Of a DNA stretch of 36,575 nucleotides, positions 18,761 through 27,318 are shown piece by piece. Source of the DNA: Thermoplasmata archaeon (GTDB lineage: Archaea; Thermoplasmatota; SW-10-69-26; JACQPN01; JAJPHT01); contig JAXDQU010000102.1 in the NCBI GenBank assembly GCA_034667685.1, positions 1 to 36,575 of the forward strand, given 5' to 3'. Every line of letters begins with the position of its first letter. Position 1 is the stretch's first letter. The notes beneath the pieces are model-generated. The model saw nothing but the letters and a program-made list of their open reading frames with translations, was not told the origin of the DNA and did no database searches. Position numbers and translations under genes: made by a program.

Positions 18761-19075
18761 ATGGTCGACTTCACGATCCAGACCTCGTGGTACTTCATCC
18801 TCAGCGCCGCCATGTTCGGCGTCGGCCTCTATGGCGTCGTGACGCAGAAGTCCGGCATCCGGCTGCTCATGAGCATCGAGATCATGCTCAACGCGGCCAA
18901 CATCAACTTCGTCGCCTTCGGCGCGATGTACGCGCGCCCCGAGGGGTTCGTCTACGCGCTGTTCGTGATCGCCATCGCCGCGGCCGAAGCCGCCGTGGGC
19001 CTCGCGATCTTCGTGAACCTCTTCCGCGTCCGGAAGACGATCGAGCTCGACCAGATCAAGTCGCTCCAGGGGTGA
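18761..19075 (+). CDS. nuoK: Complex I-like subunit K
   Basis: LMSIEIMLNAANINFV, AIAAAEAAVGLAI. Confidence 0.95.
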   Translation: MVDFTIQTSWYFILSAAMFGVGLYGVVTQKSGIRLLMSIEIMLNAANINFVAFGAMYARPEGFVYALFVIAIAAAEAAVGLAIFVNLFRVRKTIELDQIKSLQG

Positions 19076-19082
19076 ACTCCGC

Positions 19083-21389
19083 ATGGCCTTCATGACCTAC
19101 GCCTGGCTCATCCCGGCGCTGCCTGCGCTGGCCGCCGTGCTCATCACGCTCTTCGGCAAGCGCCTCCCGTCGTCCTCGGAGAAGGGCGGCTGGATCGCCG
19201 TGCTCCTCGTGGCGCTCGCCGGCGCGCTCTCGCTCGCCGTGTTCTACGAGGGGCTCAAGATCAACCCCGTCGGCTGGGACGCGCCGTTCAAGGCGAGCTT
19301 CGAGTGGCTGCGCGTGGGCGACTTCCACGTCGACCTCGGTCTCTACGTCGACCCGCTGACGATCTTCATGCTCTTCACGGTGGGCATCCTCGTGACGCTC
19401 ATCGCGCTGTACTCGACCGGGTACATGCACGACGAGGGTCCGGGCCGCCGCCGCTACTTCGCGGAGCTGACGCTGTTCATCACCGGCATGCTGGGGCTCG
19501 TGGTCGCGAGCAACTACCTCATGCTCTTCGTCTTCTGGGAGATCATGGGCCTCTGCTCGTACCTGCTCATCGGGTACTGGTACCACAAGCCCAGCGCCGC
19601 CAGCGCGGCCAAGAAGGCGTTCCTCACGACGCGCGTCGGCGACGCGTTCTTCCTCGTGGGCCTGGGCATCCTGTTCGCCTCGTTCCACACGCTGAACTTC
19701 AGCGACCTGTTCGACCCCGCGTTCTTCGCGGCGCACCCGATCGACCACAACGTGCTGCTGCTCGCCAACAGCTGCATCTTCATCGGCGCGGTGGGCAAGT
19801 CGGCGCAGTTCCCGCTGCACACGTGGCTCCCCGACGCGATGGAAGGTCCGACCACGGTCTCCGCGCTCATCCACGCCGCGACGATGGTCAAGGCCGGCGT
19901 CTACCTCGTCGCGCGCAGCTATCCCCTCTTCGTGCGCACGCCCGAGCTCCTGGTGGCGGTCGCGGTCATCGGCGGCTTCACGGCCATCTTCGCCGCGAGC
20001 CTCGCCATGACCAACTGGGACCTCAAGCGCGTGCTGGCGTACTCCACGCTCTCGCAGCTGGGCTACATGTTCCTGGGCCTCGGCGTCGCGGGCGCGCTCT
20101 TCTGGGCGAAGGGGAACCCCGCGGGTGCGATCGCGACGGTCGCGTTCACGGGCCTCACGGTCGCGATCTTCCACCTGTTCAGCCACGCGTTCTTCAAGGC
20201 CGGGCTGTTCCTCAGCGCCGGCGCCGTCGGGCATGGCTTCCACGGCACGGAGAACCACTACGACATGCGCCAGATGGGCGGCCTCCGCAGGATGATGCCC
20301 GTCACGTGGTTCGCCATGCTCATGGGCTGCATCTCGATCGCGGGCATCCCGCCCTTCTCGGGCTTCTTCTCCAAGGACGCGCTGCTCGCGGCCGTCTTCG
20401 AGGCGTACACCGCGAGCGGCCAGTGGGTCTACCTGCTGCTCTACGTCGTGGGCGTGCTCACGGCCGTCATGACGGCGTACTACATGTTCCGCCTCTACTT
20501 CCTCACCTTCGAGGGCGAGCACCGCGGCCCCGCGTGGTGGACCGAGTTCCGCCGCAGCCGTGGCGAGACGCCCGGCGCGGAGGTCCACTACGTCCCGCCC
20601 GTGCCCGCCGGCGCGCACGGCCACGTCGAGCACGTGGACGACCACGGGCACGCGCACGCGCCGCACGCCGGCCCCGCCGGTCCCGCGTCGATGGCGCACG
20701 CGCACGACGACCACGACCACGAGGAGCACGGCCACCACCACGGCCCGCACGACGGCAACTGGACGATGAACGTCCCGCTCGTCGTCCTCGGCCTCTTCGC
20801 GATCCTCGGCGGCTTCCTCGCGCTCGCCATGGCGGGCGGCTCCTTCGGCGGCCTCATCCACCCGAGCGACGCGACGGCCGCGGCCGCGGGCGTGACGCCC
20901 GACGCGGAGACCCACGAGGGCTTCGTGGGCGCGCTCGTCGCCCCCTTCGCCGAGTGGACCACCTACGTCAGCATCCTCGCGGCCCTCATCGGCATCGTCG
21001 CGGCGTGGATGATGTGGGGCCCCGGCAAGGCGGAGCAGAACATCACCGTCGACAGCGAGGCCAGCGGCATCCGGCGCGTCTGGCAGAAGCGCTACTACGT
21101 CGACCAGGCCTACGACACGGTGTTCGGCAAGTACGTCCTCCGGCAGGCCGAGATGGACGACCGCTTCGACGCCGAGGTCATCGACGGCGCCGTGAACGGC
21201 ATCGCCACGGTCAACGAGCGCGGCTCCGACCGCATCCGCCGCTGGAACACCGGCAACGTGCAGGACTACGCCCTCACGATGCTCTTCGGCTTCATCGTCA
21301 TCGTGCTGATCGTGATCTACGTGCCGCAGCTCCCCACCCTCTGGGACAACATCAGCCAGCGCTTCCAAGCCATCTTCGGGGTGATCTGA
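19083..21389 (+). CDS. nuoL: Complex I-like subunit L with His-rich loop
   Basis: WEIMGLCSYLLIG, GKSAQFPLHTWLPDAMEGPTTVSALIHAATMV, AYSTLSQLGYM, HAFFKA, TGNVQDY. Confidence 0.96.
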   Translation: MAFMTYAWLIPALPALAAVLITLFGKRLPSSSEKGGWIAVLLVALAGALSLAVFYEGLKINPVGWDAPFKASFEWLRVGDFHVDLGLYVDPLTIFMLFTVGILVTLIALYSTGYMHDEGPGRRRYFAELTLFITGMLGLVVASNYLMLFVFWEIMGLCSYLLIGYWYHKPSAASAAKKAFLTTRVGDAFFLVGLGILFASFHTLNFSDLFDPAFFAAHPIDHNVLLLANSCIFIGAVGKSAQFPLHTWLPDAMEGPTTVSALIHAATMVKAGVYLVARSYPLFVRTPELLVAVAVIGGFTAIFAASLAMTNWDLKRVLAYSTLSQLGYMFLGLGVAGALFWAKGNPAGAIATVAFTGLTVAIFHLFSHAFFKAGLFLSAGAVGHGFHGTENHYDMRQMGGLRRMMPVTWFAMLMGCISIAGIPPFSGFFSKDALLAAVFEAYTASGQWVYLLLYVVGVLTAVMTAYYMFRLYFLTFEGEHRGPAWWTEFRRSRGETPGAEVHYVPPVPAGAHGHVEHVDDHGHAHAPHAGPAGPASMAHAHDDHDHEEHGHHHGPHDGNWTMNVPLVVLGLFAILGGFLALAMAGGSFGGLIHPSDATAAAAGVTPDAETHEGFVGALVAPFAEWTTYVSILAALIGIVAAWMMWGPGKAEQNITVDSEASGIRRVWQKRYYVDQAYDTVFGKYVLRQAEMDDRFDAEVIDGAVNGIATVNERGSDRIRRWNTGNVQDYALTMLFGFIVIVLIVIYVPQLPTLWDNISQRFQAIFGVI

Positions 21390-22925
21390 GTGGCCTTCCC
21401 CATCGTCACCGCGACGCTCGCCTTCTCCGCGCTGGGCGCGCTCGTCACGATCTTCCTGGGCCGCACGCAGAAGGCCGCCAAGTGGATCGCGCTCGTCGCG
21501 AGCCTCGTGCCCCTCGTCCTCTCGGCCTACGCGCTCGTTGCCATCATGCAGGGCAACGCGCCCGCGGGCAACGGCTGCGCGGACGGCGCCGCCACCAATG
21601 CCGCGTACAGCTTCGGCGAGTGCTACAACTGGGTCCCGAACCTGGGCATCCACGTCATCTTCGGCCTCGACGGCATCAGCGCGCCGATGTTCTTCCTCAC
21701 CGCGCTCCTCGTCACGCTGGGCATCGTCTTCGCGTGGGACGAGGCCAAGGCGCCGAACCGCTTCTTCGGCATGCTGCTGCTCATCAACGTCGCCGTGATG
21801 GGCGTCTTCGCCGCGCTCGACCTCTTCCTCTTCTACGTCTTCTGGGAGCTGACGCTCATCCCGATGGCGTTCCTGATCGGCATCTGGGGAGGCCCGCGCC
21901 GCCGCTACGCCGCGATCAAGTTCTTCGTCTACACGTTCGTCGCGTCGCTGGTCATGTTGCTGGGCTTCATGGCGCTCTACTTCGCCACCGGCACGCACAG
22001 CTTCTCCTTCGAGCAGCTCCAGGCGCACGCCGGCACGCTCTCGCTGGTCATGCAGCGGGGCATTTTCCTCGCGCTCTTCGTGGGCTTCGCCACCAAGTTC
22101 CCGGTCGTGCCGCTCCACACGTGGCTGCCTGACGCGCACGTCGAGGCGCCCACCTCCGGCTCGGTCATCCTGGCCGGCGTGCTGCTCAAGCTCGGCGCGT
22201 ACGGCCTCATCCGCATCGCGCTCCCCTTCGCGCCGCTGGGCGCCCAGTGGGCCGTGCCCCTGATGTTCGTCATCGGCGTCCTGTCGATGATCTACGCGGC
22301 GCTCATCTGCCTCGTGCAGCGCGACTACAAGCGCCTCGTGGCGTACTCGTCCATCGGCACGATGGGCCTCGTGCTGCTCGGGATCGCCGCCTCCGTTTAC
22401 ACGGGCAACCCGCTGGGCCTCGTGGGCGCGAACTACATGATGCTCGCGCACGGCTTCATCAGCCCCGCGCTCTTCATGCTCTGCGGCATCCTCGCCCACA
22501 ACCTCGGCACGCGCGACATCCCGCTGATGGGCGGCCTCGCCGACAAGCTGCCGCGCACGAGCTTCTGGATCGTCGTCTTCAGCATGGCGGGCCTCGGCCT
22601 TCCCGGCCTCGCGGCGTTCGTCGCGGAGTTCCTCGTCTACAGCGGCGCGTGGGCCGCGTTCGGCTGGCTCGTGTTCATCCCGCTGCTCTACCTCATCATC
22701 AGCGCGGGCTACTACCTGTGGGCCGCGCAGCGCGCGCTCTTCGGGCCCTTCGTCGAGCGCCCCGGGGTGGACTACCACCACGCCTACGACGTCCACTGGT
22801 TCGAGCTGACCGCGCTCGTGGTCCTCTTCCTGTTCACGCTCGCGTACGGCGTGTGGCCCAAGCTCCTGACCGAGATTCTCGACGCGCCCGTGCGCTCGAT
22901 CCTCGCCGCCGTGGGAGGCGCGTAA
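21390..22925 (+). CDS. nuoM: Complex I-like subunit M
   Basis: FYVFWELTLIPM, KFPVVPLHTWLPDAHVEAP, LLKLGAYG, AYSSI. Confidence 0.96.
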   Translation: MAFPIVTATLAFSALGALVTIFLGRTQKAAKWIALVASLVPLVLSAYALVAIMQGNAPAGNGCADGAATNAAYSFGECYNWVPNLGIHVIFGLDGISAPMFFLTALLVTLGIVFAWDEAKAPNRFFGMLLLINVAVMGVFAALDLFLFYVFWELTLIPMAFLIGIWGGPRRRYAAIKFFVYTFVASLVMLLGFMALYFATGTHSFSFEQLQAHAGTLSLVMQRGIFLALFVGFATKFPVVPLHTWLPDAHVEAPTSGSVILAGVLLKLGAYGLIRIALPFAPLGAQWAVPLMFVIGVLSMIYAALICLVQRDYKRLVAYSSIGTMGLVLLGIAASVYTGNPLGLVGANYMMLAHGFISPALFMLCGILAHNLGTRDIPLMGGLADKLPRTSFWIVVFSMAGLGLPGLAAFVAEFLVYSGAWAAFGWLVFIPLLYLIISAGYYLWAAQRALFGPFVERPGVDYHHAYDVHWFELTALVVLFLFTLAYGVWPKLLTEILDAPVRSILAAVGGA

Positions 22926-23005
22926 CATGCAAACGAACCTCACTGCGCTCGGCTCGTCTGCCATCTCAAACGCGGACGTTCTGAAGATGGAGGGCGTTTG
23001 AGATG
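22926..23005 (+). other. 77-bp intra-operon insert carrying a 24-aa mini-ORF (22927-23001) and a 12-bp hairpin covering the nuoN ATG
   Basis: ATG 1 nt after the nuoM stop with GGAGG SD; TGA 1 nt before the nuoN ATG; catctcaaacgc (22962-22973) pairs with gcgtttgagatg (22994-23005). Confidence 0.7.
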
Positions 23006-24574
23006 ATCACTCCGGACTACGCCGCGCTCCTGCCCGCGTTCATCCTCGTGGGCGTCGGCGCCCTGCTCCCGCTCATCGGCGCGTTCCGCGCGCGCCCCGG
23101 CCTGCTCGCGGGCATCGCCACCCTGGGCATCCTCGCCGCGGGCGTGCTCACCGTCGGCTTCGTCACCGGCCTTCCCGGCGCCACTTGGCTTCCGAAGGTC
23201 GGCCCCGCCATCCCGCCCGTCATGAGCTTCCAGACGCTGGAGATGACGCCGTTCGTCGTCCTCTTCGACCTGGTCTTCCTCGCGGTCGCGCTGATGGTCG
23301 TCCTCGCCAGCCCGCGCTACATCAACAGCCGGCACCAGGGCGAGTACTACGGCCTCATCATCCTCTCCACCGTGGGCATGATGATGGTCGCGGCCAGCGT
23401 CGACCTCATCACGCTCTTCGTGGGCCTGGAGCTGTCGAGCTTCTGCACGTACGCGCTCGCGGGCTTCTTCAAGCGCCGCCTCGACAGCAGCGAGGCCGCG
23501 ATGAAGTACTTCCTCATCGGCTCGATCAGCAGCAGCCTCGCCATCTTCGGCATCTCGATGGTCTACGCCCTCACCGGCGGCACGAGCTTCGCCTCGCTCG
23601 CGAGCCTGTGGGGGACGCCGCTCCAGCTCAACGGCGGCGGCACGTCCACCATCGGCGCGCAGCTCCTGGAGGGCCGGTTCACGCTAGGCGTGTTCGTCTG
23701 GGGCCTGCTCCTGGCGGGCTTCGGCTACAAGATCGCGCTCGTGCCGTTCCACAACTACGCGGTGGACGTCTACGAGGGCGCGCCCGACACCGTGAGCGGC
23801 TTCATCGCCGCGGGCGGCAAGCAGATGGGCTTCGCGGCGCTCTTCAAGGTCTTCCTCGTGGGCATGTTCGCGGTCAAGCTGAACTGGGACCTCATGGTCG
23901 GTTTCATCGCCATGATCACGATGATCGTGGGCAACGTCGCCGCGCTCCAGCAGACCAACATCAAGCGCATGCTCGCGTACAGCAGCATCGCGCAGGCGGG
24001 CTACATCCTCCTGGCGCTCGCCGTGGGCACGCCCTACGCGCTCGCGGGCGGCCTGTTCCACATCGTCACGTACTCGTTCATGAAGGCCGGCGCCTTCCTT
24101 GCGCTCGCGGCCGTCGCGACGTGGGGCATCGGCGAGGAGCTCTCCGACTGGCGCGGGATGGGCCGCAAGGCGCCCTTCGTCGCGCTCTGCATGACGCTCT
24201 TCATGCTCTCGTTCGCAGGCATCCCGCCGCTCGCGGGCTTCGCCAGCAAGTTCGTGCTGTTCAGCAGCGCGATCCAGGCCGGGGTCGCGGCGACGGGTCC
24301 GTGGTACGGCTACGCCCTGTTCTACTTCGCGCTCGCCGTCGTGGGCATCCTGACCAGCGCGATCAGCCTCGTCTACTACTGGCGCGTCATCCGCGTCATG
24401 TACATCGAGGAGGGCGAGGGACGCCGCATGCAGGTCGCGCCCAGCGCCGCCATCGCGGTGTTCATCGCGGCGGCCGGCACGGTCGTCATCGGCCTCTACC
24501 CGACCTTCGTCTACAACTTCGCCGCCGACGCCGCGACACACGTTTTCACGGCGCTGACGGGCGGGTTCCCGTAA
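23003..24574 (+). CDS. nuoN: Complex I-like subunit N
   Basis: LELSSFCTYAL, EAAMKYF, KIALVPFH, DVYEGAP, KRMLAYSSIAQAGY, GIPPLAGF. Confidence 0.96.
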   Translation: MITPDYAALLPAFILVGVGALLPLIGAFRARPGLLAGIATLGILAAGVLTVGFVTGLPGATWLPKVGPAIPPVMSFQTLEMTPFVVLFDLVFLAVALMVVLASPRYINSRHQGEYYGLIILSTVGMMMVAASVDLITLFVGLELSSFCTYALAGFFKRRLDSSEAAMKYFLIGSISSSLAIFGISMVYALTGGTSFASLASLWGTPLQLNGGGTSTIGAQLLEGRFTLGVFVWGLLLAGFGYKIALVPFHNYAVDVYEGAPDTVSGFIAAGGKQMGFAALFKVFLVGMFAVKLNWDLMVGFIAMITMIVGNVAALQQTNIKRMLAYSSIAQAGYILLALAVGTPYALAGGLFHIVTYSFMKAGAFLALAAVATWGIGEELSDWRGMGRKAPFVALCMTLFMLSFAGIPPLAGFASKFVLFSSAIQAGVAATGPWYGYALFYFALAVVGILTSAISLVYYWRVIRVMYIEEGEGRRMQVAPSAAIAVFIAAAGTVVIGLYPTFVYNFAADAATHVFTALTGGFP

Positions 24575-24579
24575 CAAGA

Positions 24580-24670
24580 GAAGAGGGGAAGCGAGGGAAG
24601 AAGGGAAGACGGGAACAAGGGGCCCTTCTTCCCCAGTTCGCTTCTTCCCTCGCTTCCCCTCTTCCCTTCG
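24580..24670. repeat. Purine/pyrimidine palindrome of GGGAAGAA-type octamers (24-bp perfect stem) between convergent genes
   Basis: gaagaggggaagcgagggaagaag (24580-24603) pairs with cttcttccctcgcttcccctcttc (24641-24664). Confidence 0.9.
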
Positions 24671-24682
24671 TCTTCGTCGGCG

Positions 24683-25267
24683 TCAGTTGCGCCGGTCCAG
24701 GTGGTTGTGCAGCACCGTGATGCACTGATCGGCTTGGAGCGAGACGGGCCCGAGGCTCACGCTCGCGACGGCGCGCGCCTTGAGCAACGCCGCCTCCTCG
24801 GGCGTGAAGCCCAAGTGATCGCCGAGCACGAACGTCGCCCGCGCCGGGATGCGCGCCGTGGCGACGTCCTCGCCCGCCTCGTCGAGGATCACGATGGGGT
24901 CGCGCAGCGCGTCAAGCAGCTCCGCGAGGTCCATCACGGCGACGGAGATGCCGGGCGTCGAGGCGGCCCACACGGGCCCGGTGGTCGGCGCGCCCAGCGC
25001 CTTCTCCAGCAGCAGGGCCGAGGAGCGCTCGTCCGGGTTCGCGTGCTGGAGCCGCGCGCCGTCGAACCGCACGGCCTTGGGCGGCGTGGGCGGCCCGAGG
25101 TGCAGCGTCACCAGCTCGACGTCGGGGCGCAGGCCGTGGCTCACGAGCAGCGCCGCGCCGACGCAGCGCGCGAGGATGTCGAGCCGGCCCCCCGTGCCGG
25201 AGAGGTCCTTGTGCGAGAAGCCCGGCGCGCTGGCGGCCTTGTGTCCGATCACGAGGAAGCGGCGCAC
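24683..25267 (-). CDS. trmY: tRNA (pseudouridine54-N1)-methyltransferase (SPOUT)
   Basis: RRFLVIGHKA, DLSGTGGRLDILARCV, NPDERS, FVLGDHLGF, SLGPVSLQADQCITVLHNHLD; GTG 25267 (ATG 25294 alternative). Confidence 0.92.
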   Translation of the reverse strand: MRRFLVIGHKAASAPGFSHKDLSGTGGRLDILARCVGAALLVSHGLRPDVELVTLHLGPPTPPKAVRFDGARLQHANPDERSSALLLEKALGAPTTGPVWAASTPGISVAVMDLAELLDALRDPIVILDEAGEDVATARIPARATFVLGDHLGFTPEEAALLKARAVASVSLGPVSLQADQCITVLHNHLDRRN

Positions 25268-25427
25268 GCGGGCGGCACGCCGGGCCGGGGGCATGAGGGT
25301 TGGGCTCCGCGCATGGGGGCTCGGCGGCCTGGCACGTCGGCGGCGCCCGCGCGGATGTCGCGTTCTGCCGATGCGCGAGCGACCATGGAGCGAGAGGCCT
25401 CATGAGAGCGGCGCAGGATAGGGCCGA

Positions 25428-26033
25428 ATGAAGTCAGGTTCTGTTACGCGACCCTCGGATCCTACGGCCACGTCCGAGCTCGTCGCGAGGCTCTTCGGAA
25501 AGCCTGGAGCGATGGCCGCCGTCGCCAACGTCCTCATTCTCATCGGCCTGCTCGTGCTGGCCGGCTACGCGTGGAGGCACAGCTTCTACGCCATCCTCGC
25601 CATCAGCTTGGGCGCCCTCGGCGGCCTGGTGCACGAGCTGGCGCAGAGCAAGGGAACGATCTTCCTGCCTCAGAAGCGGTCGGATGGCGAGTTCTATCTC
25701 GGATCCATCAGCGGCGCCATCCTGGGCGCGGCGGCGGGGGCGCTCGCGGTGCAGACCATCCTCACCACCGCTGCGGCACCCGCCACGTCCACACCTGCGG
25801 CACCGATCCTGGTGGGAACGGCCGCCGAATACCTGCTCGCGTTCACGGCCTTCGCCGGCGGCTTGGCGCTCAAGGGGATCGCGGAGGCGATCACGACCAC
25901 CGTCCCCGCCGATCCGACTGGCCCGCCCACGCGCCAGGATCTCGTGGACGACGTCAAGATCCGGAAGCTTGAGGAGGCGAACGCGGCCGCGGCGCTCACG
26001 AGAGCGCAAAACGCCCTGCGTTCAGGCCCCTGA
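25428..26033 (+). CDS. 4-TM membrane protein, DUF4257-like
   Basis: LGALGGLVHEL...IFLP...FYLGSISGAILGAAAG pattern; codon bias appears weaker than in neighbours. Confidence 0.7.
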   Translation: MKSGSVTRPSDPTATSELVARLFGKPGAMAAVANVLILIGLLVLAGYAWRHSFYAILAISLGALGGLVHELAQSKGTIFLPQKRSDGEFYLGSISGAILGAAAGALAVQTILTTAAAPATSTPAAPILVGTAAEYLLAFTAFAGGLALKGIAEAITTTVPADPTGPPTRQDLVDDVKIRKLEEANAAAALTRAQNALRSGP

Positions 26034-26084
26034 GTCCGAGGGCCGGCGGCGAAGGCTCATGACCCAGGCCCCGTCTGCCCGCGC

Positions 26085-26585
26085 ATGCGCGCCGCCGCGC
26101 TCCTCGTCGCGCTCGCGCTCACGGGCTGCCTGGGCGGAAGCCCGGGCCTCGTGGGGAAGCCCGTGCCGGCCTTCTCGCTCGTGACCAGCGCGGGCGAGCC
26201 GGTGAACGAGACGACGTGGCTGGGCCAGTACGTCATCCTCGACCTGATGGCGACGTGGTGCGCGCCCTGCAAGGTCGAGGTGGAGCACCTGAAGGACGTC
26301 CACGCGCAGTACGGCGATCGCGTCCCGATCCTCTCGATCGACGTCGACCCGACCGAGTCCTCGCAGCAGATGGACCGGTTCTTCCTCGATCACAACGCGA
26401 CGTGGCCGCGCGCGTTCGACTTCGACGGCAAGGTCGGCCGCGCGATCGGCCTGGGCATCCCGACGCTGGTCATCGTGGGCCCCGACGGCAAGGTCGTCTA
26501 CCAGCACGAGGGCGAGGTGGACGTCGACACGATCCGCGGCGTCGTCGGCGCCGCCCGATGCGACGAACCGAGCTCGTGCTTGTGA
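26085..26585 (+). CDS. TlpA/ResA-like thiol-disulfide oxidoreductase lipoprotein
   Basis: Lipobox LTGC; ATWCAPCK; GIPTLVIVGPDG. Confidence 0.92.
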   Translation: MRAAALLVALALTGCLGGSPGLVGKPVPAFSLVTSAGEPVNETTWLGQYVILDLMATWCAPCKVEVEHLKDVHAQYGDRVPILSIDVDPTESSQQMDRFFLDHNATWPRAFDFDGKVGRAIGLGIPTLVIVGPDGKVVYQHEGEVDVDTIRGVVGAARCDEPSSCL

Positions 26586-26664
26586 CCCTGGAGGAACCCG
26601 AGAACCCGCGGACCCGGGAACCCGATTCTCCCATCGGGTTCTCGGGTTCTTTCCCCGGGGTCAC
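26582..26664. repeat. Palindrome of GAACCCGA octamers between convergent genes
   Basis: gaacccga gaacccgc ggacccgg gaacccga ... tcgggttc tcgggttc, closed by gtgaccc/gggtcac. Confidence 0.85.
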
Positions 26665-26673
26665 GCAAGACGC

Positions 26674-27180
26674 TCACGGGGAGTGCGCCGCTGCCGCGTC
26701 GGCGAGATCCTTCCAGACGTTCGCGCGCTCCTCGTGCAGCTCCGCGATCTCGCGCTCGACGCGGTGCAGCTTCTCCTCGAGCCCCTTGATCTTCTCGGTG
26801 AGCTTGTACACGGCCTTCGAGGGCGCAACGCGGGGCGGCACGTCGGAAGGGCGCGCGGGCGGCGTGAGCACGAGGCGCAGCGCGGAGACGTCGGCCACGA
26901 AGCGCCGCTCGCGGGCCGGGTCGGGGATCTCGCGCGCGAGGCCCGTCTTCACGAGCAGGTCGAGGTGCGTGCGCACGGGCGAGGGGTCCGTGCCGACGCG
27001 GCGCGCGACCTCGCGGATGTGGAGCGGCTCCTCCGCGGTGAGCAGCGTCATGAGCACGCCCAGCCGCGTGCCGCTGGAGAGCGCGAAGCACGCCTCGGTG
27101 AACCGGTGCAGGTCGCCCTCGGGGGTGAGGATGCGCTCTCGGGTGCCGAGCATGCGATGTGCGATGGTGCGCACGACCAT
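26674..27180 (-). CDS. ArsR/HTH_20-like winged-helix regulator with C-terminal coiled coil
   Basis: ALSSGTRLGVLMTLL...HIREVARRVGTDPSPVRTHLDLLVKTGL; heptad tail LTEKIKGLEEKLHRVEREIAEL. Confidence 0.82.
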   Translation of the reverse strand: MVVRTIAHRMLGTRERILTPEGDLHRFTEACFALSSGTRLGVLMTLLTAEEPLHIREVARRVGTDPSPVRTHLDLLVKTGLAREIPDPARERRFVADVSALRLVLTPPARPSDVPPRVAPSKAVYKLTEKIKGLEEKLHRVEREIAELHEERANVWKDLADAAAAHSP

Positions 27181-27200
27181 GAGGTTTGCCCTCCGCTCCA

Positions 27201-27271
27201 CTCCAGCCACGGAGGACACAGAGGGACGAGAAAAGTCGCCTCTGTGTCCTCCGTGTCCTCTGTGGCTGGAG
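27201..27271. repeat. Palindrome of CAC(G/A)GAGGA nonamers between divergent genes
   Basis: cacggaggacacagagg (27208-27224) pairs with cctctgtgtcctccgtg (27239-27255); alternative outer pairing ctccagccac/gtggctggag. Confidence 0.88.
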
Positions 27272-27318
27272 AGGGAGATCCGGCAATCTTGAAGCGAGAG
27301 CCATCCACTCCAGCGCGC

